DNA of 64,000 nucleotides. Source: Octopus sinensis (Eukaryota). The notes beneath the pieces are model-generated. The model saw only the letters and a program-made list of their open reading frames with translations. It had not been told where the DNA came from and did no database searches. How positions within the stretch are numbered: the first letter of the stretch is position 1; each line of letters begins with the position of its first letter. The translations under genes were made by a program, and so were the position numbers. The stretch covers positions 90,520,001 through 90,584,000 of the forward strand of contig NC_043004.1 in assembly GCF_006345805.1 (NCBI RefSeq), written 5' to 3'. Below are positions 1-10,902 of the stretch, in pieces.

Positions 1-9
1 TTGTTACAG

Positions 10-45
10 TGGTCAATCACACCACTAGGTAATCCCTACTTACAG
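10..45 (+). CDS. Candidate 36-nt cassette microexon of FAK (WSITPLGNPYLQ)
   Basis: TTACAG|...CAG|GTAAGT; only the phase-0 frame is open. It lies at the window edge, so upstream context is not visible. Confidence 0.35.
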
Positions 46-672
46 GTAAGTGACTGGGCTAATGACAGGTAAAGGTTTTAAGCATAGGTACACTGCAGTG
101 ACAGTGGCAGAACACAAATCACTGATCAGTTGACTTGTTGCCTGCTATCATACCGGTATATCCAATGCACTTACGTAGGAGGTTTAAGTGTCCCTGAAGT
201 TAGGTGAAGACCTAATTGACTGTAATATAGCCCATTATAGTTTCACTACATCAAAATAGTTACTTACATTATTTGGAATGTCACACTTACTGCTGTATTT
301 AATCATCAGGTGTTTGAATTATAATGCTTGCTTGTTTGTTTGTTTTTATTTCCACATTAACTTTCTAAATAACAGTTTGTGATACTAACTTTGTATTTTG
401 TTATTATTTCAAAGAGAAATATTTGTTCAGTTGTTTTGACCTTAAGGTTTGTTTTGCTGCCTATATTCCCTGTGTTACTCAATAATCCCTCTCACTTGTT
501 TTTAATCCATTCTCCTTTAAATCACTTCATTCCAACATCTAAATCTTTTTTTTTTCCTTAGTTGATGTTGAAATGATAGCTGTGTTGTTTCAATCAATGC
601 GGTTCCTGTTGATTGCTATGTAACTTTGGTGCATGTGTGTGACTAATGTTTTGCTCACTGTTTCGTTTGCAG

Positions 673-1104
673 CCTGCTCGTCCTAGCCAGCCCATCTCCC
701 CGACTGGTTCCACTCCTAACTTGTCTTCTGACAGGACAGATTTCCAAACTGACCACCACTGGAACAGCACTGCCTACCTCCCGTGTAGTCACGGTGACAC
801 AACCAACTCAAATACGGGTATCAGAAAATTTGATAGTTTGGACAATGACGGTATAGCTCGGGGATACTTTTCTGCCGTCAGTGGTTATGGCCAGCTCCCA
901 AAGACACTGCCAGCTGGGGGTTCAGCTGGGCTTAGTGCAGAGCGTGACGTACCTCTGCCACATTTTAATTCAACGCAGGACATGCATCTGCTGAGGAGAA
1001 GTAAAGACCTTGCTGAACTGACAGCCACAGAACCATACCAAGTTCCCTCCCCTAACAACACTCCAGCATTTTCAGCTTCAACATCCCAACATCCTGGAAC
1101 AAAT
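673..1104 (+). CDS. PTK2: FAK exon: Pro-rich region and linker (PARPSQPISP...HPGTN)
   Basis: Branch-like GACTAAT, acceptor TTTGCAG|CCT, donor AAT|GTGAGT; 432 nt, phase 0/0. PARPSQPISP resembles vertebrate FAK (PPK)PSRPGYPSP. Confidence 0.85.
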
Positions 1105-1496
1105 GTGAGTGACAGAAATTGAGCTGTTTCTCTTAATATTTTGCCTTTATTTTACATTATCATTTCTTTCATTATTATTGCTATTATTATTTTCTTGCTT
1201 ATTTTTTTGCCTCGTTTTGCAAGTGTGAATGTATGTATGTACATTATGCCTATATGTATGTATGTATAATAATAATAATAATATTGCACTGCCACATTGT
1301 TGCAAAGTAACCACATAGCCTTTGCCTGCACCTTTTATAATATATATATATATATATACATATATGTATATATATATGTATATATATATAGGCGAATGAA
1401 TTATCCTATGTTTATTGTCAGCATGGAAAATTCGTTTAACCGAAACCTGGGTAGCAAATTCACGTCAGAAATTCATGTGCAGAAATTTGTGTGTTG

Positions 1497-1625
1497 TATA
1501 TGAATAAATGAAAGAATGGAGTCAAACGAAGATGTTAACATGTTGTCTTCGAAACATATGTCGAGAGTAAAGGAATTTTGTTAACATTTTCGTTCGACTC
1601 CATTCTTTCATTTATTTATATATGT
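1497..1625. repeat. Palindrome with arms of about 44 bp
   Basis: AATAAATGAAAGAATGGAGTC..ACGAA..TGTTAACA vs TGTTAACA..TTCGT..GACTCCATTCTTTCATTTATT. Confidence 0.85.
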
Positions 1626-1642
1626 ATATATATATATTGTTT

Positions 1643-2015
1643 TGAGTTCAGTCCCACTGTGCAGCACCTTGGGCAAGTGTCTTCTATTATCACATTGGAC
1701 TGATAGAAGCTTCATACATGAATTTAAAGGATGGAAGTCAAAAGATGCATTTCATGTGTGTGTTTATTTGTTTTTGCACCACATGCTTGTTGTAAAAGAG
1801 CATCACTGTCATACAAGTGGTGTCGTTTATTAGTAATTTTTCATGTAAACATATTGATCCATTGCACCATTTACATTTGAAAGGTTAGGAAAAATATTAC
1901 CTTAGTTAGGAACAGGTGAGGATTGACAATAGGAAGAGTATCCAACTGTACAAAATCTGCCTCGGTGAAATCCATCTGACCTGTGCATAAAATGGAAAAG
2001 TGGACATTGTTAAAC
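1643..2015 (+). mobile_element. Old SINE with a family A-like head and family B-like tail; relative at about 47200-47860
   Basis: GTTCAGTCCCACTGTGCAGCACCTTGGGCAAGTGTCTT head; GGAAGAGTATCCAACTGTA...ATGGAAAAGTGGACATT tail. Confidence 0.6.
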
Positions 2016-2358
2016 TTGACTACTTTTCCATTAGTAGAAGTTTCTTGAGAGTGCGACACCAAAGAATTTTTGCAATGCAAACAACAATGTGAACAAGAAA
2101 AATGCATAAAGAATGCAACATATGGTTCAACCTGCTCTGCAACAAAAATGCAAAATCAAATACAGCAAGAAATATTTTAGCTTGAATCAAAAAAATCACT
2201 TTCAAACCTCAATCATAAGTTCCACTTTGCTTTATAACCACATGACTTTGAGTTTTATTTTACTGTGAAACTATGGTCTCCAGCCATAGCCTAGGTTAAC
2301 TCATGGAATTTCTGGATAAAACCTGTATGGAAAGCAATAATAATAATAATAATAATAA

Positions 2359-2546
2359 TGTGGCACATAAAAAGCACCCACTACACTCACGGAGTGGTTG
2401 GCGTTAGGAAGAGCATCCAGCCGTAGAAACATTGCCAGATCAGACTGGGCCTGGTGCAGCCTTCTGGCTTCCCAGACCCCAGTTGAACCGTCCAACCCAT
2501 GCTAGCATGGAAAGCGGACGCTAAATGATGATGATGACGACGACGA
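2359..2546 (+). mobile_element. Retroposon family B, 3' part
   Basis: GGAGTGGTTGGCGTTAGGAAG..CATCCAGCCGTAGAAAC core; CCAACCCATGCTAGCATGGAAA and (GAT)n tail. Confidence 0.85.
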
Positions 2547-2925
2547 GTAAAGGTTTTGAACCTGAACACAATGCAGTGACTGTAGCAGAGCCCAAATCAC
2601 TGTTCAGTTTGATTGTATGCTGTGGTCAGATGCCCTATAACTTGTTGGAAAAGATCAAAAGAAGGGACATAAAGCAGACATAGAAGTGAAGTAAAGAAAG
2701 ACAGCAATGAAAGCTTAGAAATATATGCACAGCACACAGAATGAAATATAGAGTGAAAAGTGTGTGCTAATAGAGCCATAAAGGATATTGCATTCTTCAA
2801 AAATGTCAAACTTCATGAAATTCACCAACACTGCTCCTCATGTACCTATGCCCTCTTTTCCCTTTATGGCTCTATTAGCACACACTTTTCACTCTATATT
2901 TCAGTTATAGATACATACCCTAGAG

Positions 2926-3144
2926 CAGTGCTTTTCAAACTTTTTGCTGGAGCGGAACCCCAAGGAAACATTCCACTGGCTTAAGGAACCTCTGTGCAAT
3001 AATTTAATAGTCTTATACACACATATCTGCACAGGAGAATTAAAAATTAATGCTGATTTTAGCAGTTTTGTAACTTCTTGTTGAAACCCTGGACTGTACT
3101 GGCGGAACCCTAAGGTTCCGCAGAACCCTGGTTGAAAACCACTG
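2926..3144. mobile_element. hAT (Charlie-like) MITE
   Basis: TIRs CAGTGCTTTTCAA / TTGAAAACCACTG; perfect 8-bp TSD CCCTAGAG at 2918-2925 and 3145-3152. Confidence 0.9.
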
Positions 3145-3970
3145 CCCTAGAGGATGGTTTGGACAGGGAGTTGTGATGGGATACACGACCATAATTGGCA
3201 GGCTTTCATCTTTTTACCTGTGCAAAGAGTGGTTCCTGTTTGCCAGAGTTTTTGTTCCCATGTTGCCTGATAAAGCTGTTTATTTTGTGCTCTGTGTATG
3301 AGCGGTACTGAATTAAAAAAGATAGCCAAAGTTGTTACTGAAAAGATGGTGGATAATTTTGTGGGCTTCTACAGTGTCAACAACTAGGTGTTGAAACTAG
3401 TATGGGTGTGATCTTACACATCTTCCCACCACATGGTCCCAGGTTCAATCCCACTGTGTGGCACCCTGGGCACGTGTCTTCTACTATCACCTCGGGCCCA
3501 CCAAAGCCTTGTGAGTGAATTTTGTAGACAGAAGTAGAAAGAAACCCATCGCATATATGTGTGTGTGTGTGTGTCTTTTTTCTGTCACTCATCACCACTT
3601 GACAACTGGTATTGGTGTGTTTATGTCCCCATAACTTAGCAGTTCAGCAAAGAGACTGATAGAATAAGTACCAGGCTTAAAAGAAAAACGGTATTGAAGT
3701 CGGTTTGTTCAACTAAAATTTGTCAAGGTGACTGAAACAATTAAAAGATAAATCCTGTAATTCCACAGTTTTCTTTGTCACTATCTGAGTGAAACAATGA
3801 TACGACACACACATTACAACTAGGCATTCTGCACTTGCAAAAAGAAGTAAAATAAAAAGAAGATATTCTTTGCTTGAAAAACAGGTATGGATTGACAACA
3901 GGAAGGGCATCTGGCTGCAAATAGGTTCTCATCAAAACCAGTGCAGCTTGGTAAAATACATGAACAAGTA

Positions 3971-4241
3971 GACACAGGAGTGGCTGTGTGGTAAGTAAAC
4001 TTGTTTACCAACCACATGGTTCCGGGTTCAGTCCCACTGCGTGGCACCTTGGGCAAGTGTCTTCTACTATAGCCTCAGGCCGACCAAAGCCTTGTGAGTG
4101 GATTTGGTAGATGGAAACTGAAAGAAGCCCGTCGTATATATATATATATATAGTGGCGGTTTATTTATTTTATATTAAGATTTTTATGTATTGATTAAGT
4201 CTTTCCTTGTTTGTTTTGCAAAATAGTGGTTTTGTCTCGAA

Positions 4242-4290
<49 letters not shown>

Positions 4291-4503
4291 TGTGTGTGTC
4301 TGTGTTTGTCCCCCTAGCATTGCTTGACAACCGATGCTGGTGTGTTTATGTCCCCGTTACTTAGCAGTTCGGCAAAAGAGACCGATAGAATAAATACTGG
4401 GCTTACAAAAGAATAAGTCCCGGGGTCGATTTGCTCGATAAAAGGCGGTGCTCCAGCATGGCCTCAGTCAAATGACTGAAAAGAGTATAAGAGAGTAAAG
4501 AGT
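3971..4503 (+). mobile_element. tRNA-headed SINE family A
   Basis: A box TGGCTGTGTGG, B box GGTTCAGTCCC, internal (TA)n(TG)n, tail CAGTCAAATGACTGAAA. An unrelated insert of about 95 bp sits in the (TA)n. Confidence 0.9.
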
Positions 4504-5647
4504 AAGTATGTCTCATAACCAAAGAAAGAGCTTAATTTTTTATGTAGGTGGGGGTCATGTGTAACTGGGTTTGCACCTATACTCTAGTGAGATTGCTTGC
4601 TGCTGAGATGATCTTGATATAATCATCCCGGGCTGGTGATGAAACTAAATCTATATCCTGTTATTGTATAAAACCCACATATCATTGTTATCAAGAAGCT
4701 TAATTTGATTCATTGTGGATTTTTATTATGTTTTTAATACACAAACCTGAAGACTTTTGTAATACTACTACTTCACCTCTTAATATCTGTATGAGAGAAA
4801 ACGGATTCCATCTTCAGAACTTTTCATTGTCAAGACTTTTTTTCTCCAGATGTTAGTTTAAAAACTTTTTTCTTAATTGAATATTATCGTTCCATATGCC
4901 ATTACTCACTTTCCAACCATGTGGTCTTGGTTTCAGTTCCACTGCATGTCACTATGAGCCATAGCCCTAGAGTGACCAAACCCTTGTGAGTGAATTTAAC
5001 AGATGGAAACTGAAAGTAGCCTCTCTCTCTCTGTATGTGTGTGTGTGTGTGTGTGTACTTGTGTTGTTTGTTTACATCCCCATAACCTTAGTTCTGCAAA
5101 AAGAGATGGATAGAATAAGTAGCAGGCTTAAAAAGAAAAAAATAAGGGGTCGATTTGTTAGTCCAGCTTTTAAGGCAGTGCCCCAGCATGGCCACAGTCC
5201 AATGACTGAAACAAGTAAAAGATAAGATAGACACATACAGAGTTGGTCATTCTTCTTGTTAACATTATTATTGTTGTTATTATTTTTCTTTACATTGTTG
5301 TCTGATTCGCCATGTACTGTAGACAGAACTAAGACTAAAATTAATTTTATTATTATTATTATTCGGTAGTTGGCATGAAGAAAATGTTTCATGGAAATGT
5401 AACCATAATGAAAGAAATGGAAGAAAATTGGAAATAAAATCCATATCTACTTACCCATATTATATTCATAGAAGCATGGTTATCTTTATACGAATGAAAC
5501 TTGCAGGAAATATGAAGAGTTGTTATGGCCAGATACATAAACGTTCCATTTTTATCAGTTTTGTCAAGATTTTAGATTTTCTTAGTTATTTTTAATATAT
5601 TCTGACTCATGTGAAACATTGTAATATATATATATATATATAAATAA

Positions 5648-6163
5648 CTAGCAGTATCGCCCGGCGTTGCTCGGGTTTGTAAGGGAAATAACTATATAAG
5701 CATTTTTAGAGAGTTACTTCCCTTATAGATGGCAATTTGGGCTTTCTTAGCCATTTCTGTTTTGGTGGCTTCAAGCCATGAAGTCGTTGTTCTAAAAGAA
5801 CGCTGGTCTCCTTGACAACGCTTTACGACATTGATTTCCTTACACTCCCTTCCCCACAGCTTCACGAGGGAGGGAAGAAGGGGGAGAAGCAAACAGGTGC
5901 AGGTGTGACCATGGACGCCAACTCCGCCGCCATCGACACACGAAAAATTATGCATTAAAATGGAATAAAAAAATGTTAAATTATTTTTAAAATCGTAGAC
6001 TCATCGTAGACGCGCGCTAATACTCAGACGGGCTCGATATGAATCACGATACCCGAATAAGATACCCGAATTTGGTTAAACTGCACCGCAAAATGTGGGA
6101 GTAGTTAGGAATCTAAATCGAAGGGGACAGACACTCACACAACTACAGTTTTATATATATAGA
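5648..6163 (-). mobile_element. Non-autonomous Helitron
   Basis: Minus strand reads A|TC...CTAG|T, with a subterminal GC hairpin GCCCGGCGTTGCTCGGGT at 5659-5676; CpG-rich. Confidence 0.85.
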
Positions 6164-6348
6164 TAATTTCACTTAGGCACAGTGATACTAATAAGCTGGG
6201 GTAGAACTCAGTACTCACTGCTTCAGAACGAGGCATTGGTGGATTACAGAGTGGTAATAAGAAAAGAATAACAATAATCTTATGAACTGCATTATCTTAC
6301 AGCTGTTTCTGTTATGAGATGCAGTGGACTCACAGTTAAGAACCTGAG

Positions 6349-6585
6349 TAGTGTTTCTTAACCATTTTCTGACTATGGACCCCTTTTATTCCTGTTTTAT
6401 TCAGATGACCCCTCCTAAACATTTCATGTTTAAAACACCATATTTTTATAATTAAATAATATTATTAGGAATTGTATTTAAAAATTGATAAAATATTTTG
6501 CTTATTGTAGAAATAGAATCAATTTTATCACCAAACTCTTATATGGACTCATAAGGGCTATATGGACCCTGGTTGAGAAGCACTG
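6349..6585. mobile_element. hAT-like MITE inserted in a palindromic element
   Basis: Ends TAGTGTTTCTTAACC / GGTTGAGAAGCACTG; degenerate TSD (AACCTGAG / CCTTAGAG). Confidence 0.7.
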
Positions 6586-6628
6586 CCTTAGAGCTTCATC
6601 AGAGCCCAGAGAAGACTTCTTTTTTGAT

Positions 6629-6696
6629 GTTCTGATGAAGATATAAGGCTCTCAACTATAGGTCCAATGCATCTTATAACCGAAACAGCTGTAAAC
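6629..6696 (+). ncRNA. Minimal type I hammerhead ribozyme motif
   Basis: GTT-CTGATGA(6632-6638)-stem II TATAAG/CTTATA-GAAAC(6682-6686)-AGCT-GTA-AAC; short stem III with a palindromic loop. Confidence 0.55.
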
Positions 6697-7206
6697 TAAT
6701 GAAGTTCATAAAATAATTGGGGCATAACAGACAACTCCAGTATCCAGTATCACTGCCACAGAGGATGAACAAACCATTGTCATAAATACAGATATAGTGA
6801 CCAGCCCCGCACCATATGTTACCACCAGTACAATCGCCACACCTAGAGATGATAACCAATCCAGGACCAGCAACACAGAGGAAGTATCCGGTGTTCCCAG
6901 TACCACCACCACAGATGATGACCAAGCACCTATCATCAACACCCATGGGAAGACCAGCCCACACCATATGTTACCACTGGCTTCACCCACACTAATGCTG
7001 GCAGCTACATTGCCAACCATATGACCAGTAGTGATAACCATGGCGATAACACCATGGCACAAATTATTGTGCCATATCGACTGCGTCAGCAACGGTGTTA
7101 CCAACAGCATCCGCAGGCCCAGAACTGCCAGGTCTTCAGTTTGATGAAACCTTCCTGCTAGTCTTAGAGGCCCTGTGAAGAGTCATGTGCACTGCTTTCC
7201 TTTTTA

Positions 7207-7560
7207 ATCAATCAACATCAATGGAATTTGTAGCTGTAATACCAGTGCCGGTGGCACATAAGAGAACCATCTGAATGTGGCCGTAGCCAGCGCCGCCCTG
7301 ACTGGACTCTGTGCTGATGGCACGTAAATAGCACCATCCAATCGTGGCCGTTGCCAGCTTCGTCTGGTCTCCGTGCCGGTGGCACATAAAAAGCACCCAC
7401 TACACTCACGGAGTGGTTGGTGTTAGGAAGGGCATCCAGCCGTAGAAACATTGCCAGATCAGACTGGGCCTGGTGCTGCCTTCTGGCTTCCCAGACCCCA
7501 GTTGAACCGTCCAACCCATGCTAGCATGGAAAACGAACGTTAAACGATGATGATGGTGAT
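7207..7560 (+). mobile_element. Retroposon family B with 5' tandem units
   Basis: Units of about 60 bp, then core, then (GAT)n tail. Confidence 0.85.
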
Positions 7561-8361
7561 GTATGTTAGTTTGTGTGAATGACAAGTCACATAGGTATTC
7601 AGAGAAAAATTGATGTGAGAGAAATCAGATGAATTTTACTATAGATGATGGTTAAGGGGAGACAGAGGCAGAAGTGGTGAAAGCTGATCTCCGGATGATG
7701 ACCATCACAAAAATGACAAAGGAACATAACAAGTAGCAGGGCACTATGCTGGAGAGGATCCATCAAACCCATACAAACATTAAAAAAAATGATGTATTGT
7801 CACCATATCATATAACATTTGTTTTTCATGCTGGCATAAGTTGCATAGTCCAACAGGGGTCAATGAGTTGGAAGACCATGTCATGGCGCCAATGTCTGTT
7901 TGGCATGAATTCTGCTGCTGAGTGATCCTTCTGAGACCAAACATTTCCCAAAGTAGACTGGGTGCTTTTTTTCATAGTATAAGTCCTAGAGAGGTCACTT
8001 TGCAATTTGCAAGATCAAAGGTCTGTAGGGTCCTCTATAACTGAAGGAAAGTAGAAGGGAGAGGATGATGTGTCCTCGTGTGTATGTGTTTCTTTCTATA
8101 CACACGCATGTACCCACATTAGTGTGAGTGTATCCCCAGCAATAGTTTCTCTATTCTCACTTGTATTCTATTTATACTTCACACTGCATCACTCTATCTT
8201 TGCCATCATTTACCCAATGTCCGTTTCACCACCACCCTTACAATTCAGGATACTTTATGAATGAAGCTATTCTAATGTATTTTGGGATTTTTTCCCTTTT
8301 ATTTTAGTCTTATTTCGATAGTTTCCTTTCCATAACCACACATTTATGCATATGCATCCCT

Positions 8362-8590
8362 GTGTGTGTGTGTATATATATATATATGTGTGTATGTGTG
8401 TGTGTATGTGTATATAAGATGTGTGTGTGTATGTGTATATAAGATGTGTATGTGTATATAAGATGTGTATGTGTATATAAGATGTGTATGTGTATATAAG
8501 ATGTGTGTGTGTATATAAGATGTGTGTGTGTGTGTATGTGTATATAAGGTGTGTGTGTGTATATATAAGGTATGTATGTGTATATAAGTA
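8362..8590. repeat. Minisatellite of GTGTATATAAGATGTGTAT-like units
   Basis: Read directly from the sequence. Confidence 0.9.
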
Positions 8591-8815
8591 TAGGGTTGGT
8601 GCATAATTATTGCGGCTTTTTTCAACAAATTTTATTCAACAAAAGCAATAACATGTAACAAAAACATCTTTAAATGATTATTTTGGGGCATATTCACCAT
8701 CTACTTCAATTACTGCTTCTCATTTGCTTGGCAGACAGTCAGACCATTGTTTAAAAATGTTTTTGTTGAATAAAATTTGTTTAAAAAAAGCCGCAATAAT
8801 TATGCACCAACCCAA
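8591..8815 (-). mobile_element. Mariner deletion derivative (MITE)
   Basis: About 55-bp TIRs starting GGGTTGGTGCATAATTATTGCGG (Hsmar1/MADE1-like); internal transposase C-terminal remnant LPSK*EAVIEVDGEY. Confidence 0.85.
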
Positions 8816-8861
8816 AATAAGTATATAGGTTAGCCACCTTTTTTTTATTTTTCTCTCTGTT

Positions 8862-8900
8862 TCTTTCTGTTGAAGAGCATAAGCTCAAAACGTAAAAGAC
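8862..8900 (+). ncRNA. Degenerate minimal hammerhead-like motif
   Basis: TCTTT-CTGTTGA-A-GAGC ATAA GCTC-AAAAC-GTA-AAAGA; stems I and II pair, but the core has CTGTTGA for CTGANGA and AAAA for GAAA. Confidence 0.4.
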
Positions 8901-9009
8901 TTTCTCACTTCCCAAGCGTTAAACTAATACATCTGTTTGTTGTTTACACACCTGTCTTCATCTTTTGTTTTGTTTATTTTTTTGTAAATTCCATTTATAT
9001 ATATATATA

Positions 9010-9240
9010 TTGAGTCATCCCATAAATAATGTGGGTTTTTATGCTTCTTTTATTTTTATAAATTACAATAGTTCTTTTTAATCTAAAATATACTCTCCTT
9101 CATTTTCTACAATGCTCCTCTACCTATCTGGTAGATGTGCAAGGCCCCTCTTCCAAAATTCACTTGTCCATGACAAAAAATTCTCCTCCAGCACTGTTCT
9201 AACCTCATCTACAGAATTCATATTTTTTCTGTCCAAATGA
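9010..9240 (-). mobile_element. Mariner 3' fragment, same family as 37834-39048
   Basis: TIR TTGAGTCATCCCATAAATAATG and internal sequence collinear with 37834-38070. Confidence 0.85.
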
Positions 9241-9630
9241 TCTTTGTTGTAAAGCGGTCTTTTGTCACTGTTGTATCTGTCTTTTGATGACGGTTGTCAC
9301 TATGATGGATATTGTTACATTCTGAAGTCATTGATAGAATGGTTCTATCTGGCACTGTACAACCACCAGTCATAAAGTGTTTTTATCCTCAAAGGGTTGG
9401 CTTGCTATAACATCCACTCAGTATCACAGTATAATTACTATATCAGCACAGACACAACTATCAACACAGTCTACACTTATTCTCGACCCTCTACTGTCAA
9501 CCAGCTCCTGGTCTGTTTATAATGGCTAGCTACTACCACTTTTTACTGGGAGGGCAGTACAGTTTCACTAAACAACATCTCCCTTTTAATTTTTTTTTAT
9601 TTAACAATCAATTTCTTTCATTCACCCTAA

Positions 9631-9678
<48 letters not shown>

Positions 9679-9710
9679 TATATATATATATATTATATAT
9701 ATATATATAT

Positions 9711-9745
<35 letters not shown>

Positions 9746-10600
9746 TCAGTATCTTTTTTTAGAATCTACTTTCAGAAATTCAGTGTTCTTTTCCTTGTAT
9801 GTGTGATTTCGACTTCTTGTAACAGTGTTGGAACCTCAAATGTGTCATATAGCCACTCCATTGGTATTCCTACTCTTGTTGGTTCCTTTTTTCTATGACT
9901 CTTCCCTTAAGCTGATTTTTATGTTGCTTTTCCATTCCACCCTCTTAGCATACATTAGTACACCATCACATATAGGGTACGTGTTCACGTTTTGGCAGTT
10001 CTTTATTTCCTTTTGTATTAGTACATGCTGTTGTAAACTGTACTGGGAACTCTATTAATACCTAGTAAGATCATGAGAGTGAGAGAAAGGGAAGGTGAAA
10101 GACAGATGAGATAGATATTATAATTAATACACCAAAAGTTTTAACATTGAGAAAATTAAATAAAAAACAGGATCTTGTCACTTGTACTGCAAATTGAACT
10201 CATTTGGCTGTTAACTTAAACTTTACCTTGGCTGTACATATATTTGAGAAAGAAAGCAAGCAACAAAGAATTCATACAGAGAAGTCATACACACACATGT
10301 ATGTATATGCACTTGTGCAAGTATGTACATGTGTGCATTGATGCATGATCAAGCAATAAACATTACATTTACAAAATACTTGAATATACAGGATGCATTA
10401 ATAAATTAATATAAAACTACTTGAGTGTTTAATCACTATATAAATTACAAAAATGTAAAAAAAAATGCTTGTGCAATTATTTAAATTTTGGTCAAAGTTT
10501 AAAAAAAAATACTATGCTTGTGTTTAAGTTGTACATGCAAGTGTACATACAGACAGACACACATAAGTGTGTGAACAAATTAAAGAAAGTAGCACTTGAC

Positions 10601-10902
10601 ACATTTTGATTCTGTTCCATATAATTTAAAAGTTCACAGGTATGTAGAATGAACGTGTCCTCACCGGAAATTGGAAGAAGAGTATTGATTTTGAGACAAC
10701 TTCAGGATTGCTGCTTCCAGTTCTGGTGTCACTTCCATAACATCATCAACAGCATTTGACCTGAGCTGACCAGTATAGCCCAACATCTTGTAACCATCTT
10801 GAATTTGTCTCAAAATCGTTACTCCTCTAATTTCTGATTATATGGGTTCGTCCTCTGTGCTCATGAAACTTTGTGGAGTTGAGTCAAGCTGTTATTAAAA
10901 TG
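10601..10902. mobile_element. Degenerate fold-back / MITE-like element
   Basis: Imperfect inverted arms over 100 bp (GATTTTGAGACAACTTCAGGAT vs ATCTTGAATTTGTCTCAAAATC). Confidence 0.6.

Larger units (their letters stand above)
6280..6712. mobile_element. Inverted-repeat Penelope-like remnant with hammerhead motifs
   Basis: Arms of about 80 bp in inverted orientation once the hAT insert is removed; each contains CTGATGA...GAAAC-AGCT-GTA. Confidence 0.65.

Noticed and set aside
2301-2569. Recurrent ORFs such as [25 protein letters not shown], suggesting a gene family
   Set aside because: These are antisense translations of family B copies, with inconsistent starts and ends.
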